Origin: Picochlorum sp. SENEW3
Lineage: Eukaryota
Assembly: GCA_034226945.1 (NCBI GenBank)
Contig: CP120455.1
Coordinates: 310,001 to 374,000 of the forward strand
Direction of reading: 5' to 3'
Length of the DNA stretch: 64,000 nucleotides
This document shows, piece after piece, positions 22,319-33,238 of the stretch (within the stretch, counting starts at the first letter, position 1; every line of letters begins with the position of its first letter). The notes beneath the pieces are model-generated. The model was not told the origin of the DNA. It saw only the letters and a list, made by a program, of their open reading frames with translations, and searched no databases. The position numbers and the translations under genes were made by a program.

Positions 22319-24231
22319 TCATAAAAAGCCAGTTCTTTGGGCACCCCAAATAAAGATGAAGCCCAATATTCTGCAACCGATTGTAATGCATAACAATATA
22401 ACCAAGTTGACACCAGAACTGAGTCCATTATCAATGGAGCTGGGAAGCAATTCACTCCCTGGAACAGTTTCCCCAAGCGTGCAGATATTTCCAGTCTCGC
22501 AGACAAAATCTGTCGAGTCAAACTGACTGATTCCAATTGCCGCAAATGCGTACGTGAGATATGACATTTTCCCAACCCAGCGGAAGTACACGGGAACATC
22601 TGATACCAAAAACCCGGAGAAGGACAAGAGAATGAGGAGGACAAATGTCAGAGCAAGTGTTGCATACGTGGAATTCTTCGTCACAGCAGCACACATGACA
22701 CCAATCGACTCTGATGTGATTTGGAACAAGGCATAGGCCGCCAAGTATATGAAGACGTTGCTCACTGTGATCGTATAGCCGACCATAAAGTATGCGATGA
22801 GTCCAAAAAATAACGTTTGCAAACATTGCAACGGAATGCCAACGATTGCCTTGGCAAGATACCAACTCCACACACGATACATGGCCTGGCCACACTCTCG
22901 TCTCAAAAGCACCCTCTCTCTGTCCCACACAGTCACAGCTGTATACGAAGGAGTAAACGAAAGAACTGCCATTCCAAACCAAATCGATGCCAATCTATCC
23001 TGTACTCCTGTTTCTATACTATTATTCAATTGCAGATACATGAGACCGATGAAAATCCCCATGAATGCATACTGTGCCGTCTCACTGACAACCATGGCAG
23101 GATTTCGAAAGTACATTCTCAGATTACGTTCAGATAAAATTTTTGCTTGATACCATCCTGGGGCATTCGGGCCCTCAGTGGGAGTCACCTGGTCATCAGA
23201 TGAATCACCTGCTACAAGTGACTTTTTGGTGTCCTGCACTTCCACATCCTTTGCCAACTCGGATTCCTTCTCTTGTTGCGCTGCTAGGAGCTCAATATTT
23301 GATGTATCTTGAAGTTCATGAATGAAATAATCAGTAGGGTTCATAAATTGTGGGCAGGTCAAACCAGCTCTACTGAAAAACCCGACAGCATCAGACCATG
23401 CTCCACCAAACACAAGCATTCCATCAGCCAACAGCATAAAATCTACGAATTTGGCCGTAATCAGAGAATTCGGCTGATGAATCGTCAAAGTAACCGTCCT
23501 CCCTCTTGAACACAAATCATCCAGAAGCTCAATCAGTGACACGGCCATTTCTGAATCCAGCCCAGAGGTGGGCTCATCCAAAAATATCGCCACAGGATCC
23601 TTCACCAGTTCGATACCGATAGATACACGTCGCTTTTGGCCACCAGATATCCCCTTAATCCCAACCAACTCATCTCCAATCAACGTATTGCGACACGTCG
23701 TCAACCCCAGCTCGTTCAAAATGTGATCCACCTTGGCAATCTTTTCCTTCTTGGTAATTGACATGGGCAACTTTAACAACGCACTCGTCATCACAGCCTC
23801 TCGAACTGTAGCACTAGATAATAAAACATCATTCTGTAACACGTAACAACTCCTCCGACGGAAATCTGATGCATTCCTTGGGGCCCCATTCACAAGGATA
23901 TCACCTTCAATTTTCCCTCCAGACATGAAATTACACGCCAGAATATCCAGCAACTACACATCACCATTGGATGATTTTATGATGCAATTGCATCCCCATG
24001 CAACGCATGGCAACCACATACCGTCGTCTTTCCAGCACCACTGCTTCCCATGATGGCTTGTAACCTCCCAGGCACACATGCCCCAGAAATGCCTTTGAGA
24101 ATGTACTTTCGTTTCGCACTCTTATCCGGTCCCTTCTCTTGCACACTGTATTTAATGTCATTGAAATTAATTGTAAAGCTCCCGTGGACATCGAGAGTTT
24201 TCGGAGAGCCATCTCCGTTGGCGATTGCCAT
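22319..24231 (-). CDS. ABCG half-size transporter (White-like)
   Basis: GSSGAGKT, intron 23954-24021, ISGGQKRR, IFLDEPTSGLD, TIHQP, C-terminal TMD. Confidence 0.95.
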
Positions 24232-24370
24232 GGCTGGCAATGAAATGCGCTACAAATGTCTCTATTCTGGCCACCAGATTTTACAACTCTCTATGAAAAT
24301 CTTATTTTTAATTCGATTGACTCCCGAATGGCCAATTTTCCTTGACATGTTCAATGAATGACTGATGACA

Positions 24371-25474
24371 CTAGTACTCCTCCTCCATCATTGGCTCCTC
24401 CTCCTCTTCCACCTCAGAAGCAGCGGTAAAGGCAGTCAACACACTGAGTTTTTTATCAACCTCGGCCTGCTTGGATGGAGACATACCACCATCAATCAGT
24501 TTATTGAGTCGGCTGATTTCCTTTTCAACATATGCAGCACCCTTGTCAGCAACCTTTTGCATATACTTGATATACAACTCTCCATTACTCTTGATGCTTC
24601 CACTCAGTCCTTCCACAAACTTTTTGGCATCATCAATCAGCGCACCAACGTCACTTGCTTCTGCTTGGATCAGCTTTCGAGCAATATCGGTGAGCTCTTC
24701 AATTCGAGCATACGCTGCATCCTTTTTCAATTCACTCTTGATGAAATCCATCATGCCAACAGAGGTCCTTGCACCATTGTATCTACAACAGATTTTAAAA
24801 TAAATACAGGTATCATTTATTGAGAATGGTGTCTCCTACTATTACTCTGTATTAAAAAAAAAAACAGTCACGTACGGTCTTGCATCCACCTCTGATTTTC
24901 CTCGTGGAAGCCACATGATTGTTGGAAATCCTTGCACACCATACATGGACCCCAGCTCGTGGTATTTATCGGCATTCACCTATAATACATGCATATATAT
25001 GATTCATCTTAAAAAAAACAACTATCGACGCACACACTCCACCTCTGTCCTGTTATGCCTTTGTACAACCTACCTTGGCAATGACAACCTGGTCAGCAAG
25101 AGAAGGCTCTTGCAAGTATGCCCCACCCAATGTCGCCATCTCTGGCACCAAACTCTTGCAGTGTCCACACCTGTATTCGATCGCACATAGAGATGATGAT
25201 ATCATTCCATCGCATACATAGTTATTCAGTAGTCTTCACGTACCATGGTGCATAAAACTCCACAAGTGCAGCCTTTCTGCCGTTGAGCACAGTCTTGAAA
25301 TTATCAATCGCTGCAAGCAGGAAAGATGAAACATTTATTGACATGTAAAATTGCTATATACATACCCATCAACGTACTCAAATCAAGAACTCCAGGAATA
25401 GATTCTCCTGGATCATTGCAGCGGACAGTGCCGATCAGAGCAACGGCAAGGACCAATCCAATGAACGATTTCAT
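24371..25474 (-). CDS. Protein disulfide isomerase: one thioredoxin domain plus ERp29-type C-terminal helical domain (about 5 exons)
   Basis: Signal peptide MKSFIGLVLAVALIG; spliced EFYAPW/CGHCKSL, YGVQGFPTI, YNGART; YIKYMQKVADKGAAYVEKEISRL. Confidence 0.85.
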
Positions 25475-25506
25475 GGTTTTTATATTTTTATTTAAATTAA
25501 AATGTA

Positions 25507-26745
25507 CTAGGATTGCTGCTGCTGAGATATGATGTCAATCAGATCCTGCCGAGAGACGAGTCCTGATGATTGGATGGCCATTTCCTGGACATCGTAGCCT
25601 CGTCGAACAATCACCTTTTTAGTTCCATTGCTCTCCTCTGCCTTTGCCAGATAGATTTCTACATTCTGTGAGGATGCTCTGCTTTGCAGTCGAGGTCCTA
25701 GAGTGACATTTTGAACTCCCTGGACTGTTTCTAACAGAGATTTCAGTTTGACAGCATCCTCCAAATCCCCAAGAAGTGGTCTCATGTCTGAAGACGCATC
25801 AAAGGTTGTTCGAGACTCTTCTTCAGTCAATCCATTTGCATTCTTTGCAGTAGTAGTATCTAGGAGACTATCGAGAGTCTCAAGCAATGGGTTGGGCGTT
25901 GTTCTCTTGAATGACAGGAAGATGTGCTTCTTTGGGATATCTACATGGATGACTTTCGCCTTTCGTGTGTCTCCTAGAGAAAGACGGGGCCTTTCTGCAT
26001 CCCACGATACTTCAGTTGTATACACCAGACCTAGAAGAGAGACTTGGGTGTTGGAAACCTGGTCGTGTATGGCAAAGTCAACAAAGACACCAAAGTCCCT
26101 CACATTTCTGACATGTGCATCCACAATATTCCCCACCTGCTGGGATACTTGCTTGAGAATAGACTCTGTCAGCGGCGCTGTTTGATTCTGTCTCTTCACT
26201 CTCTCTGTAAAGATGACACGGCCGGCCTCTTCATCAACTGACATGACAGTCACATGAAGTATACTTCCAGTCAACACATGCATGCCAGCTTTGCGGACTT
26301 TGGCATCCTCTGTAGAACCTCCAATCACTCGCTGAGCTTGTTTTTGTGCATCTGATACCTTGAATTTATGTTCCTTGCTCAACTGATTGAACGGAACAAA
26401 CCCTGTCACGCCCTTGGCTTGGACAAGAACACCACTCGCATTCACCTGCCACACTGTGGCCTCTACAATTCGCTGCTCTCTTTCGAATACTTTTGCTCTG
26501 GATACGTTTGCTTGCTTCTTCATCTGTTTTGCATCTGATTCTTTCGTCTTTGACTCCAATGGCTCTGGCTCTTCAGCAACCTGTGCCGCCTCTGGATTCA
26601 AAAGAGTGTCAAATGCATCATATGTTGGTGGCTCAACAGGTTCCTCTTGTTCAACAATAGGTTCCTTTTCTTCAACTACAATAGGCTTTGATGAGCGTTC
26701 CTGCATCAAGATATGAGCATGGTCAACGACCTCGGAAATCTCCAT
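25507..26745 (-). CDS. S1 RNA-binding domain protein (ribosomal S1/SRRP1-like); start uncertain
   Basis: GVLVQAKGVTGFVPFNQL; VRNVRDFGVFVD..GLVYTTEVSWD; LSFKR...NPLLETLDSL. Confidence 0.75.
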   Translation of the reverse strand: MEISEVVDHAHILMQERSSKPIVVEEKEPIVEQEEPVEPPTYDAFDTLLNPEAAQVAEEPEPLESKTKESDAKQMKKQANVSRAKVFEREQRIVEATVWQVNASGVLVQAKGVTGFVPFNQLSKEHKFKVSDAQKQAQRVIGGSTEDAKVRKAGMHVLTGSILHVTVMSVDEEAGRVIFTERVKRQNQTAPLTESILKQVSQQVGNIVDAHVRNVRDFGVFVDFAIHDQVSNTQVSLLGLVYTTEVSWDAERPRLSLGDTRKAKVIHVDIPKKHIFLSFKRTTPNPLLETLDSLLDTTTAKNANGLTEEESRTTFDASSDMRPLLGDLEDAVKLKSLLETVQGVQNVTLGPRLQSRASSQNVEIYLAKAEESNGTKKVIVRRGYDVQEMAIQSSGLVSRQDLIDIISQQQQS

Positions 26746-26929
26746 GAGAAGAAGAAGACAAAGTCATCATCATCATCCTCCCTCCCACAAGAGATGAAAA
26801 AAAAACGCGTCCAAATGAAATCATATGTCACCCCTCCCAACCACACATCCCATCACATTCAAATATTTATTAATTGTAGAGGTCCAATTATATTGGTTAT
26901 ACATTGGATAGCACGGGGACGTTGCGGTC

Positions 26930-27830
26930 ATGGATCAACACAGAACTGCTCCATCCCGTGGATTCCTCTCATGTTTTGGCTGCTGCGTCAGAGATGATAC
27001 TAGCTTTAATGAACATGTCCTTCAGCCTCTGAATTTGTTCAATCCTAGTAGTATTCAGGTCTCAGTGGACCAACTGGTAGCAAAAAGTAGAGACGCTCGA
27101 GCGGAGACGTACCGGCTCATTGGCACACTACACGACTTTTCTCTCGATGAAGACTCTTCAGAGGTGCAGTCGACTGCTGCGAAATGGCCCTCTGCTCGAC
27201 AGAGTTTCCGCGTGATCCATAGAGCCAAGAGCAAGACACTGGTGCTGGTGAGTGATGGTCTGAGTGATCCCTTCCATGACCTCCAAGAAGATGCAAATGT
27301 CAATGGCTACGGCCTAGAATTTTATATAGAGACTCCAGTATCTGATATTGGGCTTGATGTTGCTGAGATCAAAACGTCGTGGCAGTATCAGCTGCTGTTT
27401 ACTGTCTGTTCCATGGCAGCTGGTCATGGAGGCATCAGACAGATTATTGACCATATGAGTCTCTTATCCACCGAGGCAGAGGGCGTTGCTGATTCAATAC
27501 CTTCCGAATTAAAGCAGGATATCGTGAATTCTCAATCACGAGTGGGCGCTCTGCTCGGTCTGGACGATGACCGACACGATCGTACGTTGCCATCCTCATT
27601 GTCATGTTGTGAAAGTCATGTAATCCTCATTGTTGTGTCGTGCAGAGATTCCCAAAACGATTGATAATATGCCACTGACGGATGTCAAACTCATCAATAT
27701 TAAGCTGATAAAACTCCCAGAACTGGCCTTGATTACCGACATGGGGGCTGAAGGTAGGAAGAAACTTGCAAGCCTCTTTACTGGCGACAGCAAACTAGTA
27801 TCATCTCTCCACAGGGATGCCGTTGTATAG
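26930..27830 (+). CDS. Suppressor-of-fused (SUFU)-like domain protein, bacterial type
   Basis: LVSDGLSDPF...NGYGLEFYIET...WQYQLL; intron 27582-27645 joins to VKLINIKLIKLPELALI..GAEGRKKLA...SSLHRDAVV. Confidence 0.7.
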
Positions 27831-27901
27831 TAATATAATAGTAATAATAATAAAACGTGAAACACCAACCCACCCAGAAACCCCTGTATGTGGGTACATA
27901 T

Positions 27902-28528
27902 TCATATATAAACCATGCATAGGATGATGGATGGATCACGCACCTGGACACCTACAGCAGCTGCATGCTCTGGCACAGCCTCCAAGACGAGACTCTCAAA
28001 TGCAGCCTCAATCTCCTCATCCTCCTCATTCATAATAGAATCGAAAGATAACTGCCTCATCGCCGCTGATTTCTCAGTATCTCCACTAAGCAGCGTCTCA
28101 AACATTTGATATGACATTTCCTCCTCATGGCTCCACTTTTCCAAATACAGCTCTGCTCGTTTATCCTTCTTCACAGAACTAGAAATCTCTTCCAACCGCT
28201 TCGAGCTCTCTTCAGCACTCTCACCAATCAAACGACCAAAATGTAAATATTCAGCTGCCGATCCTCCTGATTGCTTGCTCTTTTCAGGAGTAGTGTTGTT
28301 GCTCTGAATTCCTAGTTGAGACCTCCCTGACCCATACTCCTGCATGATATCATCATACTTGCGTTTCAAAAGATCTATAGATGTGATTTCGATATGAATA
28401 TATCGTACCCTCTTGCCCTTTTTGCCTCGAACAATGAGATTTCGTCCTTTTCTGCTGCCATGAGTTGAAATGCCTCGAACGGCCCACAAAACACCGACAG
28501 ATGTCTGCTGTCGATAGAATACCTCCAT
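27902..28528 (-). CDS. Hypothetical protein, possibly organelle-targeted; 3' end uncertain
   Basis: 208-aa ORF with basic N-terminus and acidic helical body; candidate introns 28340-28408 and 27884-27943. Confidence 0.55.
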   Translation of the reverse strand: MEVFYRQQTSVGVLWAVRGISTHGSRKGRNLIVRGKKGKRVRYIHIEITSIDLLKRKYDDIMQEYGSGRSQLGIQSNNTTPEKSKQSGGSAAEYLHFGRLIGESAEESSKRLEEISSSVKKDKRAELYLEKWSHEEEMSYQMFETLLSGDTEKSAAMRQLSFDSIMNEEDEEIEAAFESLVLEAVPEHAAAVGVQVRDPSIILCMVYI

Positions 28529-28873
28529 TAAATTTTGAACTAATAATAATGCGTATGAAATGGCGATGGTACATGAATGTGAGGAAATCCCGACACATCT
28601 GCCGCCCTGTGGTTCAGATTATAACCCGAAACATCCAATGCGTGGCAGCATGCCATTCGAGGCGTCATAATAATAGGACAAGCACCCTCCGAGTAGAGCT
28701 GATAACAAGTATTCCAATCAATTATTATTAAGAATGTCTTCTTAATTCAAGTGTAGGACACCATCTACTGACTGAAGGCTCTTTGTTGTTGTTCAAACAA
28801 ACAACAAAGTTAAGAGAAGAAAAAAAGAGGTTGTGTTGTTTTCTTCTTTGCATACACGATTGCCTCTCTTGCA

Positions 28874-29425
28874 ATGGACCGAGGGCAGCAGCGATTGAAT
28901 CAGAAAGTAGCAGAGATCAATGCAAAATTCCCTGGCGTTAGAACGATGACGCCTGCTGAAGTAAAACAACTAGAACGGCAGGGGCAAAGAATTGTTTTTG
29001 TAGACTGCCGAACAGCCCCTGAAATGGCCGTGTCAAGAATCCATCCAGATGCGATATCAGAAGACGAATGTATCCGTCGAATTGATAGTATAAAAAACTC
29101 GGAACCTCCTGCCTTGGTGGTGGGATATTGCACTATTGGGTACAGATCTGCCAAGTTTGTTCAAAAGATGAAGAGGTCAACTGGTCTTGGTGATGCTGAT
29201 ATTGTCAATCTCAGCGGCAGTATTTTGCAATGGATGCAAGACTCGTATGACTTGTGGGATGCAACAGGATCAAGAACAGATCGGGTTCATGTGTGGGGCA
29301 AAGAGTACTGTCAGTACGTTCCGGAACAAGGACCGAACGAATACAAATCAGAATATTTCAAGAACCCCATCCTTGCAACCGTCTTCCCGCAGGTTGGCCT
29401 GTTCACACGAAACTCTCACGAGTGA
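28874..29425 (+). CDS. Single-domain rhodanese-like protein
   Basis: VDCRTAPEMAVSRI, active-site loop YCTIGYRS, NLSGSILQW, VHVWG. Confidence 0.85.
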   Translation: MDRGQQRLNQKVAEINAKFPGVRTMTPAEVKQLERQGQRIVFVDCRTAPEMAVSRIHPDAISEDECIRRIDSIKNSEPPALVVGYCTIGYRSAKFVQKMKRSTGLGDADIVNLSGSILQWMQDSYDLWDATGSRTDRVHVWGKEYCQYVPEQGPNEYKSEYFKNPILATVFPQVGLFTRNSHE

Positions 29426-29476
29426 GCCCATTAATTTATTTTATGTAAATGTAGTATCCTTTGTAATCCACAGTAC

Positions 29477-29859
29477 ATGGACTTTATCAAGAACATTTTT
29501 GGTTTTGGCTCGGACAAAAACGCTTCTTCTTCTTCTTCTTCTTTTGCTTCGAACAAGACTGAGGTTTGTTGCTGCGATTCCCCATGACATGAATGTTCAC
29601 CAATCAATATGTATTCATTTACATGCTGTAGGAACGACGGAATGAACAGCGAGTAGAACCTCGGCGAGCGTATGCCCAACCTCTTCTGCAGGATTGTCCC
29701 CAAGCGGGTAATACGCATAAAGATCAGGGGTTGGAATGGTGTAGCAAGTCTCTCAAGAGAGATGAAGATGATGATTATGCTCATGGGTTTTTGGATGAAA
29801 ATGCTTGTTTTGTAGAGAGTCAAAGGCTGAAGAAGTCTAGCACGACAGCACAAGAATAA
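29477..29859 (+). CDS. Small two-exon TUSC2/FUS1-like protein (104 aa)
   Basis: Exon 29477-29563 (MDFIKNIFGFGS..), phase-0 intron 29564-29631, exon 29632-29859 with QGLEWCSKSLKRDEDDDYAHGFLDE. Confidence 0.65.
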
Positions 29860-29890
29860 AATCAGAAAAAAAAAATGTGCCACCAGATAT

Positions 29891-31546
29891 TTATGTATTA
29901 TTTTGAGAGCATTTCCCGACATAGACTGTGACAGCCTTGTCAACATTGTTGATTGTAGCCAACTCAATATGGCATGTGTTTCTATACATGTCTGGGATGG
30001 AGTCACAGGATGCCACCTCAATGCCAATCTGCTCACGGTGTGAGTTTCTGGGAAGCCAGAATACAGCACTGGTGCACCCCATGCGTCCGAAACATGTATC
30101 CAAGAGTCTCCGGAACGATACCTCTGGAGCTCCACCCATCTCTTGAACGTCAAATCGCGGCTGACTGGAATACGTTGGACCACCCCATGGAGGGGAGAGA
30201 AGAACGACATCCACATTGTCCAAACATGGCCCCAGTGTCATAAAGTCCCCACACATGATGTCAATCTCATGCTCGACACCATACACTCGTGCATTGTTTC
30301 TAATAATATCTGCCCTTTCGGGACATAATTCTATAGCTATAACCCGACAACCAGCCAACGCGAGTTGAATGGCATTCCCACCAACACCACCAAATGCATC
30401 CACAACAAGACACCCTGCCCCATGCACACGAACAATACTGGTGGCATGATGCCACGCTATAATCTCCGGTGTGGCAGAATACCACCCTTCTTCATCCAAT
30501 ATAATACCATGATCGAATAACGAAAACAAGCTATACCGCTGTAGCCAGTACTTGTGCAACACCTGCATGCTGCCATACTGCACCAATCTTCTCCTATTTC
30601 TTCTTCTTCCCTGGCTGCCACCCGTTTGTTGTATCTTGTTTGCATCATCATCACTCGCAAAGCGAATATGCGTGGATGCCGTTGGAGCATCAGGGATGCC
30701 ATCATCATGAATACCTGACGTCTCTGGGCGTGGCACAAACCTCTTATTCTTACTAGAATACAAGGAATTCTTCTCCCTGTCCTTGTTTAATACTGGGCAA
30801 GGAGGAGGATCAAACACCTCCGCCATGGGCATCATATCGTCCTCTCTCTCATCTATATTCTTCTCATCAACAAGAGGACCAATCTCCTGCAGCAAATGGC
30901 CACCTGGCATGGCATCATATACACCATCCTTGGGAACGCTCCACTGACTCACACCCAATGCTGTATTATAGTAATAATAAAACCCTGTAGACTCGTCAAA
31001 CGCTTGTACCCACACATCTTTCACAGCATCATCCGTGGTAATATCATATATCTTTTTCTTCTTCTTCGCCTTCTTGTTGGTAGACATCCCACCACCCTCT
31101 GGCTGCTGTTTACCAAATGCACATGGCAGTCCCAACCGTGCCATCTCAGCTTCCAATCCCTCCTCACTATCATTATTCTCAGAGGATACTGATGATGATG
31201 CAGATGTATGTATGGTGTCTTGAGAAGCATTATGATACCGTATAGTACTAGTAGAATCACAATCCACTCGAACCTCGAACAACACCATTCGGGGTAACCG
31301 TGTCAAACTCCCACCACCTTCCCTCCTGTCGCCTCCTCGACTGTGCAACCTCCTCTGTCCTCCACGATACACGGTACCATCAGATTTCCCCCTACACAGT
31401 CATGAGGATATTTAAAAAATGTGTATAAAACATTGCATCCAGAGCAAGGCACCATGTACGCCAACCCACCATGTAAGCCCAATATCGTCAAAAGCAACTT
31501 GAGAGTACAAGACACGCAGGACACTGTCTTCTTCTTCTTTACACAT
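29891..31546 (-). CDS. TGS1: Trimethylguanosine synthase with WW domain
   Basis: Exon 1 from ATG 31546, intron 31392-31469; MARLGLPCAFG, WW domain (WVQAFD..YYYYN..SQW), KYWLQRYSLFS, DAFGGVGGNAIQ, SPPWGG. Confidence 0.9.
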
Positions 31547-31816
31547 TGTCCCTCTCTGTCTCTTTGTCTCTCTCCAAATGTGTCAATACATTGTGTGTGT
31601 GTCCTTTACATGTGATCTAGCATATAAAGAATTGACCAATCAAAATGTTGCTTTTGAAGGGTACTGCATAGTATGCAGCACTCTAGAGCACAGATCTGTG
31701 CTCGTGGCGCCACCCATGTGGGTGCCCAGTGTCCGGATTCGAAAAAATAATGGCAACCTCTTCGCTGGATATAGCCCTCGCATACTATTTTAAACTTTAT
31801 TAATATCATTAACGGG

Positions 31817-33174
31817 ATGTTTGATTCCATAAAGAATGACGTTTCATCTCTGTACGTTGCGACACGGTATTTTTGTTTTGTATCGTTTACTGCCCCCTTT
31901 TCTTGAAACACACAAGGTTGACGACGCTGTACTTCTTATGCGACAATTTAAATGTACATTATAGGATACTGAAGTGCAATTTCTGTTGCAATCGGATAAA
32001 AACGAAGAAACCTGGTCTTCAAAGCGACCTGCTGCTGGGTCAACGGGATGTCGAAATTGCCATGATGAATAGCGATTATGTGCTGGCGAAATCCCGTATT
32101 GATTCGATAATTGCACGGAGAGATAGATTGAGAGCGTACGATCTGCTGCATGCGCATCTGAGGAGTCTGTCTGAGCAACTGAAAACGGCAAAGAAGAAGA
32201 AGGATGTGTCTGTCGGGGTCTACGAGGCTGTGTGCACGGTGTTGTATTCTGTTCCACTCGTGTCGAATGATTTGATAGAAATGGAGGAGATTGGGTCGCT
32301 GTTACGGGATATTTGTGGGAAAGAGATTGATCAGCAGGTCGAGGAGAAGAAGTATATTCGAAAGCTGGTCAAGGGGGAGTATGGTAAGTTGCATCTGGTT
32401 GATCAGAATATGGTGCATGTTTTGAATCAGAGGGTCATACAGCCGACAGAACGGTATCAGGCGATTCGTGGGTTGTGTCAAGCAAAAGGGATTGGTTTCG
32501 ATGAGGAGAGGTTGAAGAAACATGTTGGGCTGTTTGACAGCAGTCCTGCCCAGCAGCAGCAGCAGACACCCCAGGGTGGAGCTCGCCCCCCTCATCATCA
32601 TCATCATGGAACCCCGGGGAGCGGTGGGTATAGTGGAGGAACAACAGATGTGTCGTATGCGACGCCGAGCGGAGCAACAATGGATGTGGATGTGGATGTG
32701 GATGAGTTTTTGTATGGAAAGAAATCATCATCATCATCATCCTCAAAGAACAACAAGAAGAAGAAGAACAGCAGCAACAAGAAGAACAAGAGCCTCGGGG
32801 ACGGGGACGAGGTATGGGAAACTGTGTTTGATCGCAGAGTATCATCTCATCAGGGATCGTTAAGTATTGGGGAGGGTACGCCTCCTGTTATTTCCCGGCA
32901 TGGAGAATGGCAGATTCGCAATGCACCCTCATCAGATGGCAGTTCTCGGGGGAGTGGATTGCCTCCGCCAATGTCAGCACCAGGATGGGATGCACCCAGC
33001 CCCCCTATGGATGGACAGATGTCTTTTGGAAGGAGATTTGACAATGCGATCGAGTTTAATCGCAGGACGAGTACAGGAACCATGTCCACCACGACCACGA
33101 GTGATCATCAGGTGGTGGACCGAGAGCAGTGTATGAACCCATTGGAAAGTGCCTGCCATGTTCATGACAATTGA
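31817..33174 (+). CDS. IST1-like ESCRT-III-associated protein
   Basis: Exon MFDSIKNDVSSL, intron 31852-31964; AKSRIDSII...AYDLL...EAVCTVLYSVP...LIEMEEI...GKE matches the Ist1 domain pattern; low-complexity tail. Confidence 0.7.
32550..32790. repeat. Low-complexity triplet/hexamer tracts (CAG, CAT, GATGTG, AAG/AAC) in the IST1 linker
   Basis: Encode poly-Q, poly-H, DVDVDVD, poly-S and poly-K/N. Confidence 0.8.
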
Positions 33175-33238
33175 CATAGCATTGCATAATTTACATGATA
33201 TAAATATGTTTGATTTTGTAATACGACTGGAAGGCGGA

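Noticed and set aside
25140..25250. Possible Sec in the PDI active site
   Set aside because: Codons read TGT GGA CAC TGC, an ordinary CGHC.
29431..30216. 261-aa minus-strand ORF
   Set aside because: Alternative frame of TGS1 plus the antisense of the TUSC2-like gene; no motifs.
31700..31750. TTCGAATCC on the minus strand, like a tRNA T-loop
   Set aside because: Lacks the preceding GG, the T-stem and a cloverleaf; more likely divergent promoter sequence with short palindromes.
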